From: Rhina ancylostomus
Taxonomy: Eukaryota
Assembly (NCBI GenBank): GCA_030265395.1
Contig: JARFYF010000001.1
Location: forward strand, 52,794,480 to 52,858,479
Length of the DNA stretch: 64,000 nt
Direction: 5' to 3'
In this document: positions 1-13,250 of the stretch, in pieces
How positions within the stretch are numbered: position 1 is the stretch's first letter
Layout of the letters: each line of letters begins with the position of its first letter
Program-made: the position numbers and the translations under genes
Notes under the pieces: model-generated
Databases searched by the model: none
The model's input: only the letters and a program-made list of their open reading frames with translations
What the model was told of the DNA's origin: nothing

Positions 1-1420
1 CCGGCACCTCACCCATGGCTAAGGACATTCTAAATATCTCTGCCAGGGCCCCTGCAGTTTCTGAACTAGCTTCCCACAAGGTCCGAGGAGACACCTCCTC
101 AGGCCCTGGGAATTTATCTATCCTAATTTGCCTCAAAACAGCAAGCACCTCCTCCTGCATAATCTGGATACAATCCATGACCTTGCACTCTTTCTCTTCA
201 GTTCTATGGACTCTGTGACTGTCTCTCGAGTAAATACAGACACAAAAAATTCATTTAAGATCTCCCGCATCTCTTTCAGCTCCACGCATGGACGTCCACA
301 CTGATCTTCAACTGGACCAATTTTGTCCCTTGCTAGCTTTTTCTTCTTAATATAGCTATAGAGACCTTTGGGATTCTCTTTCACCTTGTCTGCCAGAACA
401 ACCTCATGTCTTCTTTTAGCTCTCCTGATTTTTAAATGTTCTCTTGCATTTGTTATAGTCCTCAAGTGCCTCATTTGATCCTAACTGCCTATGCATGATA
501 TGCGCCGCCTCCTTTTTCTTTACAGGACCTCAATATCCCTCGACAACCAAGGTTCCCTAAACATGTTAGCCTTGCCTTTTATTCTAACAGGAACATACAA
601 ATTCTGTACTCTCAATATTTCACNNNNNNNNNNNNNNNNNNNNNNNNNNNNNNNNNNNNNNNNNNNNNNNNNNNNNNNNNNNNNNNNNNNNNNNNNNNNN
701 NNNNNNNNNNNNNNNNNNNNNNNNNNNNNNNNNNNNNNNNNNNNNNNNNNNNNNNNNNNNNNNNNNNNNNNNNNNNNNNNNNNNNNNNNNNNNNNNNNNN
801 NNNNNNNNNNNNNNNNNNNNNNNNNNNNNNNNNNNNNNNNNNNNNNNNNNNNNNNNNNNNNNNNNNNNNNNNNNNNNNNNNNNNNNNNNNNNNNNNNNNN
901 NNNNNNNNNNNNNNNNNNNNNNNNNNNNNNNNNNNNNNNNNNNNNNNNNNNNNNNNNNNNNNNNNNNNNNNNNNNNNNNNNNNNNNNNNNNNNNNNNNNN
1001 NNNNNNNNNNNNNNNNNNNNNNNNNNNNNNNNNNNNNNNNNNNNNNNNNNNNNNNNNNNNNNNNNNNNNNNNNNNNNNNNNNNNNNNNNNNNNNNNNNNN
1101 NNNNNNNNNNNNNNNNNNNNNNNNNNNNNNNNNNNNNNNNNNNNNNNNNNNNNNNNNNNNNNNNNNNNNNNNNNNNNNNNNNNNNNNNNNNNNNNNNNNN
1201 NNNNNNNNNNNNNNNNNNNNNNNNNNNNNNNNNNNNNNNNNNNNNNNNNNNNNNNNNNNNNNNNNNNNNNNNNNNNNNNNNNNNNNNGCCAGTTCTGCCC
1301 CTTCTGCAACCAAGTCTCACTAATGGCTACAACATCATAATTCCACGTACAGATCCATGCTCTAAGTTCATCTGCCTTACCTACAATATTCCTTGCATTG
1401 AACTAGATACAACTCAGAAC
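1..1420 (-). mobile_element. CR1-clade LINE ORF2 fragment (endonuclease-RT linker), spanning an N gap
   Basis: Minus-strand translation KIRRAKRRHEVVLADKVKENPKGLYSYIKKK...EMREILNEFFVSVFT. Sequence at 1288-1400 matches the start of the endonuclease region seen in the copy at 19.1 kb. Confidence 0.85.
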
Positions 1421-3291
1421 ATTAGTCCCCACCAAGCTCAAACTTTCAGTTTCCATCTCTGCTTGAACTAGAAAAATAAACAGATGAGGATGATATGGCA
1501 ATCTCTCATATTGATGGACGCTCAAATAGAGTCCTCGTAGCGACTTCAGCCACATAAATCCAACGATGGAACCAAAAGACAACCCCCTCCAATTTTTTCC
1601 ATGGGACAAGGCTGACATACATATAGAAACACCAGATGCCATGATCTGACTCTAAATCCAAGATATCAATATATAAGTTGTTATTATAGAAGGGCTTTAA
1701 ATAAATCTTGAAAATCTATATTTTACAAATTAATGAGATGTAATCTGTGGCTCATTGAAACCTTAATTCACAACATTGCTCAGCTGCTGTGTGCATCTTC
1801 TGTAGCACTGTGGCTTGCATTTTTTTTAACTTTTATCATTTGACCTGTTTATTGTCCTCTATTCTAAAATAGAGGACATTCTAAAATAGAGCCTAAAATA
1901 GAGCCTATTCTAAGAAATGCTACATAAATTGTAAAGATTAAGCAATCTTGATAAAAGCAGTTTACTGTTCATTTACTCCACTGAACAAAAGACCCTCACT
2001 AAACCTTAGCAAACCTTCTCATTAACATAATCAAATTATGTAGAGGTAATGAGCATAAATTTGAATCTTCTAATTGTTTTACTTTATTTATTAACTTCCT
2101 CCTAATCATGTAAGCTGCAGTTTAAAGTTAGAGTATTGAAATTTAGAATATATTGGAAGCATTAGATATAAAGACGTATTTTTCTGAGGGCAATGTTCTT
2201 AAACTTATAATGCTGCTTCAAATCCTATTTCACAGGGATTTGAAAAAGATGCTTTCTTACAATTAATTAAACTAATTTCACAATAAACATATGAATGGAA
2301 AGGGCATGCTTTATATGTTTAATATATTTCAGGGAGACTGCTTGGATTTAACATTAGCATTTATAATCAGTGAAATGTTAAGGTAGTTTTTTTTTAAGTA
2401 CTCTGGAGATTTTAGACCCCTAAGGCACTTTACAAACCATGGCAGTTCATAAACTAAAGCAAAGCTTTTTAATGTTATATGACTGTGTCTGCTTCAATCT
2501 GCATTCTCAATAAGTTCAGGATTTACCACTCAGAGCAGACCTCTCTGCGTGCATATAATCACACATCCACAGAGCTTTCTCTTGGCACCAGGACGAGAAT
2601 TTGCAGCCAAGTCCAGCACCAAATATAACATGGATCTTGCCAGTTATGAAATATATTCTACACTTATTAGTCTTTGAATCTTCGTACAATGTAACTACAG
2701 GCTATTGATTGTAGATCAAGCAAAATGTAAAACTTGCCACACTTCTGTTGGCTTTGCTCTTGCAGTGAAACTTTAACGTTGTTCACAGTGATTTTGCACT
2801 TACAAAGTCTACAGTGCAACTTCAAAGTCAGGATTCTCACAATCATATTCTTTTTTGTGGTGCAAACCAGTGCACTCTCATACCCATCTTGTGAGCTGTG
2901 GTCCATTTGGTCCTGCTGGGTATTTTATAATCTGGTTCAACCTTGTTTTAAATACTTAAACAGAGTGAATGCTCTCCCCCCACTTTTTCAACCATTTAAA
3001 CCTGTAACTAGTGGGAGGATAGAATTCTAACTAGTCTAACTAGTTACACGCAAGCAACTCTCCTTTGGACAAAGTAATTATGGTCCCAACCTCCAAATAT
3101 AAAACAATAAAGAACAAATAAGTTTCTGCCTGGTTGAAACTCAACCATAACTGCTGAGCTTGGAACAAGTAGTGAAGATCCCACTTGGAAAGTTTAACAC
3201 TGATTCTAAAATTAGTGTCATGGTATTTTATAACTATTCCATATATAATGTACTTTCTAAATTTCCACAAACCTTGGCTTTAAGTACTTTT

Positions 3292-4013
3292 CTTTTTCAA
3301 TCTTTTTTATTAGTTTTCAAATCAATACAGATTAGTATATAGCATTAATATTCATACATGTATTACAAAGAGATCTGGATATCACTCATGTCTTAGATAA
3401 TCATACAATAAAATATAAAAAAACAATTTTGTAGGTCCAACGATCTCTTAGTTAATGAATAGAGTATAAAAGATAGGAAAGAAAAAGATTCATTATATAA
3501 GTTTAAAAAAAAGAAAAAGAAACCCCAAATCAATAAAATAAATTATAAACAATGTAAACTAAACTAAGCAAACAAAAATTTTAAAAAATTGGGCCAAAAT
3601 TTCTCAATAAAAACAGAGCAATATTATGTCGTCAACTCCATTCCTCTAAATTAAAAAGTTATTGAAGGGGGATCTACATCATATGAAAATGTTGGATAAA
3701 TGGACTCCAAATGTCTTCAACTTTAAGCGAAGGATCAACAGTACCACTCCTAATTTTTTCCAAGTTTAAACATGACATAGTTTGAGAAAACCATTGAANN
3801 NNNNNNNNNNNNNNNNNNNNNNNNNNNNNNNNNNNNNNNNNNNNNNNNNNNNNNNNNNNNNNNNNNNNNNNNNNNNNNNNNNNNNNNNNNNNNNNNNNAA
3901 TGGACTCCAAATGTCTTCAAATTTAAGCGAAGGATCAACAGTACCACTCCTAATTTTTTCCAAGTTTAAACATGAGATAGTTTGAGAGAACCATTGAAAG
4001 GTAGTAGGGGGTA
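3292..4013 (-). mobile_element. 5'-truncated L1/Tx1-clade LINE (ORF2 C-terminus plus 3' UTR) with 16-bp TSD
   Basis: QWFSQTMSCLNLEKIRSGTVDPSLKVEDIWSPFIQHF* resembles fish-type L1 ORF2 C-termini. A-rich tail on the minus strand. Direct repeat GGCTTTAAGTACTTTT at 3276-3291 and 4014-4029. Confidence 0.8.
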
Positions 4014-5339
4014 GGCTTTAAGTACTTTTAATAGCATGTAATACCACAGCTCCCTTCCCCATACAACACAGTACTTAAATCTGAACAAATAATCATGTGG
4101 GAAAATGTTACACTCAATGCATTTTAACAGTTAATTAAGTACGCTGAAGGGATTAGACATACATATTTAGTAACGTGGTAATAAAACCATCTGTTGGAAA
4201 ATGCCACAATAATATCCTAATGGTTTGTAACTTCATATTAAAATTTATTATTAAATTCTGTGTTAATAAGCACTTTTCTCACTGAAAATATTCCAAAAAG
4301 AAAACTATGAAATGCAAATATGTATTGGCCAAATATTTTGTATCAGCATAAATTCTTCTATTGCATTATAATAATTTTTTAGGAAAACCTAGCTTTGCAT
4401 TCTCTTTTCCAGATGCTTTCTGTACTTTTATTAAACCGGATATCCAGTTTAAACAAAAACAAATTGTTTGGTAGTTTTCATAGCAGCTGCAAGAGTGTAA
4501 TGTTACTGTTTCGAATTGGAAACCCTGCCTAATCTCATGAAGTGACTTACAGCAAATCTGAACTATGTACAGTGTGAACTATGGCTTTAGTATCATGGAC
4601 AATATTTACAAACTTAGCTCTGCATGCATATGTGTATTTCTCTTTATAGTATTTATTAAAGCCACCAAATATATTTGTTCCATTATTCAGCAGTATTTGG
4701 GAGAAATCTCATTAATGGAAACAGTGGATAGCTATGTAGAATTGTATTCTCGATTAGGGGAAATAATATTATGTCAGAGAATTAGCACAATAAGTACTGC
4801 TATTACAGCAGTAAGGTAGGACAATGGTGTGTCAAATCCTTTTTTGTGAAGTGGTTTTGTTTTATAAATAATGGATTTCAAATCACTGGTGAGAAATCAA
4901 AATCATTAGCATCTGTCTTTTGGATGACATGAGTGCCTTTAGAGCTCAACAACGGCATCCATGGGTCACGTGTACATATGTGTTGAATATCTGGCTATAT
5001 TCCTTTGCATGCCTGCATGTCAGTGAACACTGCCTAAAGTATGCAGAGCAGGCAGATCATGATTTCCATCACCATGCAATGCTGATTTGATGCCAGCACT
5101 CCCATTTTGCAGCTCATTCTTGTACAACTGAGCATGTATCTTCAGCGGGAAGGACCTTCCACCAGTGCCATTCAAAGGCATCACCCACCTCTGACTGGCT
5201 GTTCCAGTAATAATGCAAGTATTTCTATGGTTGTTTCATGCTGCACATGTCTGTAGACAGTGGAATCCACAAGTTCTAGACTACTTTTTGCTTACATTAA
5301 GAATTTTACACATATCATGTTATTGTACATTCTCCTTAA

Positions 5340-6450
5340 AATACGAAATGTATGGAGAGTACAAGCAGAAGGAGTGCAGAGCACTGTCAGATGCTGGAAG
5401 ATGAAGGTGCAAAAGGCCTTCAATAGGAGGCCATATCCCCCCTCCAGGTGAGAAGCAATTCTCCATCTGAGCCTCAGCAGGAAACTACGTGTGAGACATG
5501 CATTTCAAAGGACATCCTCACTGGAATCTGCTCATAGCTACGTTGGGACAACCAATCACTAGTTGCTGTGAATGTCATAATAGTAATCAATGTCCATGTG
5601 CTGAGGACCTTTCAAGCTGGAGCTGGAAATATTTGCAGTGACCTGTCTTTTGCTGTCCTCTGCTGGGTAAGGATTCGAGACCTTCAGTGTCCAACTGTTT
5701 GTAGCTTTAGGCAGTAAATTGTACAGATCCGATAGCAACAGCAATCGCTTCATCTCAACAAGGCACAGATTCTTTAAACAGCACCTTCCAAACCCATGAT
5801 GTTTACCAGCTAGAAGGACAAGGGCAGCAAAAGCATAAGAACACCACCAACTGGAAGTTGTCCTCCAATCTGCACACCATCCTGACTTGGAAATATGTTC
5901 CTTTACTGTTGCTGGGTCAAAATCCTGGAACTTTGTCCCTCACAGCACTGTGGGTTTACCCATATCTCAAGGACTGCAGTGGTTCAAGAAGGCAGCTCAC
6001 CACCACCTTCTCAAGAGCAATTGGGGATGGGCAATTAAATGTTGGCTCAGCCTGCAAAGCCCACATGCCTTGAATGAATGAAACAAAACTCTGCAACTGT
6101 TCACAATTATGGCTGCCCGCAAATCACCACAGCAAACCAAAGGATGGCTACTAGGTGGCAAGGGCAACCAGCTGATGCCAAAAGGTAAAACATGTAGCAT
6201 TCACAGAATGAACGCCACGCTGCTACACAAAATCTGATAGGGCAGACCACTGTTGTGCTGAAGCAATGCTTCTGTTCCTTGGACTACACTGGAGGATCTC
6301 TGCAATACTCAGCGGACCGGGTGTCTGGATTTGTGAGGGAAAGGAACAAGAAAAACTATTCCATATTGCATGTAAATATAAACCAATCATTTGTCCATTC
6401 CCTTAGTGTGCCTTTACTTGCCTTTATGCAAAGCTGGTGCCTGCAACATG
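5340..6450 (+). mobile_element. Degraded PIF/Harbinger DNA transposon transposase remnant
   Basis: N-terminal RRPYPP-like motif near 5425, GWLLG near 6140, and HAATQNLIGQTTVVLKQCFCSLDYTGGSLQYSADRVSGFV matching the Harbinger/HARBI1 C-terminal motif (H..TR..IE.T...LK.RFRCLD..GG.LQYSP). Frameshifted and interrupted by a LINE tail. Confidence 0.7.
5765..6085 (+). mobile_element. Old CR1/L2-group LINE 3' end inserted in the Harbinger remnant
   Basis: Tail GGACTGCAGTGGTTCAAGAAGGCAGCTCACCACCACCTTCTCAAG...GGGCAATTAAATG, also seen at 36.8, 37.0 (inverted) and 40.2 kb. Confidence 0.7.
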
Positions 6451-7659
6451 GTCGCTGAAGACTACTGACTATCAGTGAGAGTTGTAGATATCCTTGAGCA
6501 GCTCAGGGTCTCTGAGGAATGGCTGAAGTGCGGGGTGGCTGACTGATAGGCGATAACAAAAGACACAAGAGTAGGGATGTGAGCGTGGATGCAGTCATCT
6601 TGAGATCACTGTTTATGGCATTGTTGCCATTTCTCTATGAACTCAGCGATCCTAGTAATTGTTGGCCTGTGATGACACCAATATTGTCCAACGTAGGCTG
6701 CAATCTATAGCCACAGAGGCAGCAATCTTAATTTGCACAGCTGTAAGCTGCTGTTTGTGGTAATGTTTAATGTGCAGAATTGTCCATCAGATGCTGTCTC
6801 TTGTCAGATTCGCCAGTGGGCCAAAGGAGTTGATGGCCACTTCCATGCTGGCAGAGGTCTGGCTGCAGGATCGTATGCAGCACAGTTCTAATTTGGGATC
6901 AGACTTCTTTATGCTCCTTAACAACGAACACTCTGTCTGATAGGCCTCACAATGCACTATACTGTATATGTGAGGTCAATGAACTTTTTGTACCACAGCT
7001 ACACCAGGCTTTATTCTGGCCGTTTAATTCAATTGTTTCTGTTCCCACTGTGCATTCAGTTAGAGGGGCTTCTACCTTCCATCAGATGTAACCAGCTAAC
7101 AAACTGGTGGCACTGCCTTGATCTAAAAATCACTGAAATGAGTACAAAACATGAAGATATCTTACTGGATTCCCACATCCATTGGGTGGGCTATTCAATT
7201 TAGTCCTTCACCCATATCTCACACCATTGTTCCCTTAATCTTATCACTCTTCTATGCTAGAAGGTCCTGCATGAAATGAATTTGATCCGTCTTAACTCAG
7301 TTCTTATTCAGCTTAAACTTGGAAATAGGTCACTGCTCCTTCATAGTTGCCAATAATTCACTGCCACCTGCATCTTATCCTGAAACTATTGTCAGGATGT
7401 GTTGCAGGGACCCTTTCAAGAAAAAGGCTAAATAGTGTTCTTCGACAATACATATATAAAGTATTATCTTCCTTCCATCCCTTGATGAACACAACCTGTG
7501 AGCTTGATGCTGAAACTAGTTGCAAAATGTGCTCCATTCTCCAAATCAATGTTTAAATCTCGAGTTCAAGACAGTTCAACAAAATATAACACTAAATCAA
7601 ACAACTCCAGTTTCAATAGCGATATTCATTCTCAAGATAAATTTTCTAAAAAAAACTTA

Positions 7660-8800
7660 TATGCTTTCTTGATGGTATGGGAGGGGCTGTTGGAGTAACC
7701 TTAGAGAGTAACTGAAGTGCATTGTGCAGGTGGTACACTCTGCAGCCATTGTCTACTGGTGGTGGAGGGAATGAATGCTTAGGGTGGTAGATAGGGTGCC
7801 AATCAAGCAGACTATTTCATCCTGGATAATGTTGAGTTTCTTCAGAGATATTCATTCAGGCAAGTGGGAGTATTTCATCATATTCCTGACTTGAGTCTTT
7901 CAGCTGGTAGGAAAGTATTGGGGTGTCAGGAGGTGAATCACTTCCCACAGAATATTACCTGCCCTTGAAACCACAGTATTTACGTGGATAGTCTGGTTAA
8001 ATGTGTGATCAAACATGATCCCTTAATGTTGTTGGTGGAGCATGGAAAAGTATTGCCATAGAGTTTCAAGTGTAGGTGATATGATTCTCTCCTGTTGCAA
8101 ATGTTCCTTGTATGGGCACTTGCATGATACTAATGCTGCTTGCTACTTATCATCCCAGGCCTGCATGTAGACCAGATCTTGTGCATGGAGGTACGGACGG
8201 GTTCATTTCCTGAAGACTTCTGAATGAATTGAACATCTTGCAATCAACAGTGAACAAGCCCATTTTGACTTTACAATGGAAGGTCATTGATGAAACAGTT
8301 AAAACTGGGCCCAAGACCATGTCATAAAGAACTCTAGCAGCATTGTCCAAGAACTGAGATGACTGGCCTCCCACAAGCATGGGTATTCTTCATGTGTGTG
8401 AGACATGACTCCAGCTACTGGAGTGTTTCCTCTTTGATGCCCATTGAGATCACACATGTTTAAATGCATTCAAATGTCAAGGGCATTCACTGTGATCTGT
8501 GCACTGGAATTCAGTGATATCCAAGGCTGCAATCAAATCTAGAGCTGAATGGTCTTGATGAAATTCAAACTGGGCATCAATTAGCAAGCCTTTGATGAGA
8601 AAATGCTGCATGAATCCAGTGTTCATGACATATTCCATCATTTTGTTGATGGCTGATGGGGTGGTTATCAGCCAAATTGGATCAGCCTACTTTTTGTTGA
8701 CAGCAAGTACCTGAGCAAATTTCCACACTGGCGGGCAAAAGTCAGTGTCGTAACTATACTGGAACAGTTTGGCTGAAGGCACGGCTAGATCTAGAGTTGA
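7660..8800 (-). mobile_element. Old CR1/L2-group LINE RT-region fragment
   Basis: Reverse complement resembles the RT segment at 35870-36500 (degraded VPQGSVLGP...F..D motifs). Confidence 0.65.
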
Positions 8801-10554
8801 TAAAATCTTTGCAAAACCAACTAACATAACTCAGCTTACAAATTTTCCTGTACTTGTGTGAGGAAGAGTAAATCAGGTAACAAATGATGGATGTCAGGAA
8901 GCAGTCACAAGGTGGTAAATTATTAAAGGTTATATATTCTTTAAACCCAAAAGAGATGTTAAAAAATCAAAATAAATCCTTGACTTGCATGTGTTTCTAA
9001 TATATGAATGTATTGTTTGATTTACATTTTGAATTTTTCTTCCATTTGTTGAGTCATGTATCTTACCTAACTGACAGTATTACGACATTCATATGTGACA
9101 TTCCCACAAAGTTTCATTCAGTAACCTTTATTGTGGTTTAAGAATAAAACTAATTTTGTTTTTTACTTTGAAAAGAATTTTGGTTGAAGATTTTAAATAG
9201 CTTTGAAATCTGTTACTACTGGTAATCATTATCAGTTTTCACATTCTCCTAATAATAATTTTGCCTGTGATGCTGACAAAAAAAAGATATTTGTCCAGAA
9301 ATTGAAAGCCATCTGTTGAGCAGGTGGCTTTCAGGCCCAGTGTAGGTTTGGTTCACATGTCTGGCCACAATTAAAGGCTTTTCCTCTGCACAATATGGCA
9401 TTGTAGAGCATGGGAAGGAAAAGCCAATGCTAGGGCCAGGGATGATAAATAAGAGAGGACATGAGAGGAAGAGGGTACCAAGGTTGACTGTGGAAGTTGA
9501 TGCAAAAGCATTGGTATCCAGGATCTCCAGGTGGTGACGGATCGATATCCAGAGTGGGGGGAGGATTCCATCAGATAAGCAGAGTCATGTGGGGGCAGAT
9601 CAATGGCTCCAGGAGTGGGATTCACTTGTGGAGGGGAGGCCTGAGAGAGAGTTGGGCAAGTACATAACTTAAGATAGGTTTCCAGTGCCACACTGGAACC
9701 TGCTGGGGTATCAGTGGTCTGTGACATAGCTATATACAAAATTCCTGGACATGTATCCTGGACATGTTGTATCCTGGACCTCACTCTGCACATCCAGAAT
9801 TCTCTGTGCATTTGTTATCATTTGCAAAAGGGTTCTGGAAGGAAATGAGTGGACTTTCTGCAACTTGAAATAAATCCCCAAATATTCTATAGCATTTTAT
9901 TTTCCATTGAAACTGACCACACAACATAGAAAATATTGGTAGCACCCAATCTAATTTCTAGGTACAGTAATTAGACTGTGTTTATACATCATCACTGTTA
10001 TGAAATGCTGGGCATCAACAATAAAAATGTACCAATTAAGCATTTGGGCTGGGTGAGTTTTTTTAAACAAAATGTGAAATGGGCAAATCATCCTTTTTGC
10101 CAAATGCAGAAAAAGCTGAGCAAGCACTGAATTTTTTTTTTGCAGACAGATACAAATTGAATTAGAATTTTTTTCAGCAATTTTTTTCTGGAACTCTAGT
10201 GTCCAGCTGTACTATTAATGTGCTTACTAATAGGTAGCTAATAATGAAGAAAGGTTTGAGCACAATAATCCATTGTTTTTACTTTATTAGCTTGAGAAAT
10301 GGATCCAGCTGTGATGTTCATTTTTCTATTGAGCTTAATCTCCAAATCAGAAACAACTAGTTGTGACTATTTTGCTTTAGAATATTTAACAAAGCATTAA
10401 ATTATAGGTTGCACATCTTAAAATATGCCTGAAAGCCTTTGCAAAAATATTATTCCAAGGGACCAGAAATATTAATCAAGTAAAATGTAGTGGGTCCTAG
10501 AAATTTGAGATAAAAGCAGACAATGCAATGAATGGTGGAGCAGGCTCGAAGGGC

Positions 10555-10765
10555 TATAAAGCCTACACCTGCTCCTGTTTCTTAGTTAGATACATACTGG
10601 ATTTTTTGCAACCACAGAGACAAAAAAAACATGGTTGCTACAAATCCAATATGTCTTTAACTAAGAAACAGGAGCAGGTGTAAGCTTTATACCTCATGCC
10701 TTTCATTTTATAAGACTTGTTTTTTGTGCCCAAAAAAAAGTCTGATAAAATGGAAGGCATGAGGT
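10555..10765. repeat. Two abutting long inverted repeats (hairpins)
   Basis: Arms 10555-10614 and 10632-10691 match at 54/60. Arms 10691-10726 and 10731-10765 match at about 33/36 with a 4-nt loop. Confidence 0.9.
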
Positions 10766-10779
10766 TAAATGCCATAAGG

Positions 10780-11060
10780 GATGATGGAACAAACCAAAAA
10801 TGGGTGCTAATGAGATGAGCAAAGAAATGAACATTGGATCTGAGGAGGTGTAAAAGTGAATAGCAGTGCCATTATTAATAATTGCTTTCCAAAAGAAAGA
10901 GGAGTACTATTTATGATCTGGAATTACTGAACTAAATGTTTTGCCCAGAAGGCTGTAAAATGTCTAATCAGAAGGCAAGGTACAGTGCCCTTGAGCTACC
11001 ATTCAACCAGTGTAGAAAGTCAGGAATGGTTGGAGTTTTAAAATGACAGGCCACCAGAAA
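10780..11060 (-). mobile_element. Highly degraded Penelope-like fragment
   Basis: Similar to the Penelope remnants at 29.9-30.1 and 41.6-41.8 kb (CCAGAAGGCTGTAAAATG...TGGAGTTTTAAAATGACAGGCCACCAGAAATTC). Confidence 0.45.
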
Positions 11061-11330
11061 TTCAAAATTCAGGAAGATTGTTCAATCATAAGTATATTTT
11101 CTTCAACCATACAACAAACAAATATTATTAGGGCCACCACTTTAATGTTTACATAGAGGTGAATAAATATTTAATACAATCATGACCTAAGCTCCTATTA
11201 ACATNNNNNNNNNNNNNNNNNNNNNNNNNNNNNNNNNNNNNNNNNNNNNNNNNNNNNNNNNNNNNNNNNNNNNNNNNNNNNNNNNNNNNNNNNNNNNNNN
11301 NNNNCTATTATGCATAGTGATTTTTTAAAA

Positions 11331-11570
11331 ATTTTATTTACAGCGTGGTAACAGGCCCTTCCGGCCCAAGGAGTCCGCACCGCCCATTTTAAACCCCAAA
11401 TTAGCCTACCCGTACGTCTTTTAGAATGTGGGAGGAAACCGGAGCACCCGGAGGAAACCCACGCAGACATGGAAGAACGTACAAACTCCTTACAAGCAGC
11501 GATGGGAATCAAACCCCAATCGCTGGTGCTGTAATAACGTCATGCTAACTGCTACACTACCGTGCTGCCC
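11331..11570 (-). mobile_element. tRNA-derived V-SINE (HE1-like, elasmobranch)
   Basis: Minus-strand head GGGCAGCACGGTAGTGTAGCAG with B-box GGTTTGATTCC, V-domain GTCTGCGTGGGTTTCCTCCGGGTGCTCCGGTTTCCTCCCACA, and LINE-derived tail GGGCCGGAAGGGCCTGTTACCACGCTGTA. Confidence 0.9.
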
Positions 11571-12499
11571 AATGATTTCTGCATAAGAAATTTAATAATG
11601 AACAGCAAATGCTGATTGGTGACTGGAGCAAGCTGGACAACTTTATGTTGTGATGGAGAGCCAGCAGGATTGATCAAAACAAAGCCTTCCATTTCAAAAG
11701 GGCCTTCCATGGTATAATGGGACATGTATTGGAGGCGGGAAGGAGGGAAGGGTGAAACAAACCTCACCCTTTCCCACCCCTACCCCACTGCCACCCAAAA
11801 GGTAGAAAGACAACTGATTGCCACCAACCCTTGTACAGGCTTAGCAGGAATAATCAAAAGAGTAAAACAGTCTGAATATCTCAGATAATTGAAAAAAAGT
11901 TTAAAACTATTAAAACTTATTGAAGACTAGAAAAATAATATCAAAAGTACTTAGAAATATCCAAACAGTTAAAAAAAAGTCTTAAATTAACTAACATTTA
12001 ACTTAAGACTCTCACAGCTGTTCCCTCCAATGAAATTAATGGTGCACCACTCCCTGGACTAGTTCCAACCTGGCTTGGATGCTTATGTGGATTCCTCACC
12101 ATAAGTGGTGGGGAATTACTGAAAATTCAGACTCCCTTGTTGGTTTCCACTGACAGTGAGAAGAATAATAGCAAACTGCTCACCACAACTTTGGGATTTT
12201 GCACTCACGTTGAAATCTTCCTGTTGCCCACAGTAATGAGGGGAACTATCAGCATGGGAAAATGCCAATATTTCCCATGAAATTTAGTTCATCGTGTATC
12301 AGCAAACTTATGATAGGCATCTGATGCTTTAGAAGCTACTGGGGCCATATAAATTCCCCTCCAGCAAGTGGAAGTTGTAAAATTACTAATTCACTGCACA
12401 CCTGGTTTTCCAAGAAACACAAAATAACGTTTCCCATGCCATAGCTACTTGAGAGACTGTGAGATAAGCAAGGGCTCTGCAACTGTTGGGTGCCGCTCC

Positions 12500-13250
12500 A
12501 CACAACTACCAAAGTCTCCAAACATATCACCATCTTCCAAGTGCCACAACATTTACAAAGCAAGATTACCAGGGAACTGGAAGATGAAGAGGCATTAACA
12601 GCATTCAGGCATTGACATTAGCCTGAAATAATAGGAAACCACTTAAATCAACCTGCCCTCTTTCCTCTTAATGCTGTTTGTCACATTGAAGATGTTTCAA
12701 AAGTGTAACATTTCCTTTTCTCACATTGATCTGGTGGGTCATTTACCATTCCCTGTGATTATGATTTATGATTCTCCCCACCATTCCTCCTGTACCAACC
12801 TCTGTTAGCATTGCAGCACAAAAGGGGAAAACAAAATTTTGATTTATTTACACCTATTCTTCCCCTTGGTCACTAGGAAATACGGTAGGTTTACTTCATA
12901 ATCTTAAACTGAGGAAGCGCTTTCTGAGTGGAAGGAGCAACTGTGGTAGCATTAAGTGTTGCGAGGCCCTTGGGAATCTCATGTCATGATGATCCTCTGG
13001 GAGCAGGGACTCCAGATGTTACTGGAACAGCTGAAGCCTTGTGTGAAATGCTGCCAGCACATGCCCATTCTCAGGCACTCATTCAAACTTTGATTGGATC
13101 TGAATAGCAAGTGTGAATGTGCAGCCACTTTGAGGGGAAGCCACCTTATTGGATCTCCATGGAGCCACATGACTTCTTTTGGACATTGCAGCTGGGGTCT
13201 TGGTGCTCCGGATGTGAAAAGACCATAGGGTCAGTAACGTGGGTAAAAGC
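12500..13250 (-). mobile_element. Possible very degraded Harbinger transposase N-terminal remnant
   Basis: HLLFRSNQSLNECLRMG...HFTQ loosely resembles Harbinger N-termini (VFR.R.S....CL.R.RF.K). Weak. Confidence 0.3.

Noticed and set aside
491-1471. Long ORFs spanning N runs (also near 20.0, 28.4, 31.3, 34.5 and 39.0 kb)
   Set aside because: Their length comes from X residues in assembly gaps.
1853-1915. Repeated CTAAAATAG resembling MEF2 sites
   Set aside because: One base short of the CTA(A/T)4TAG consensus; better explained by a small palindrome plus slippage duplications.
3699-3998. About 100-bp direct repeat on either side of a 100-N gap
   Set aside because: Typical unmerged contig overlap (allelic or paralogous L1 reads), so not counted as a real duplication.
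5340-6450. Possible domesticated HARBI1-like gene
   Set aside because: Frameshifts, altered conserved motifs and a LINE insertion; no intact ORF.
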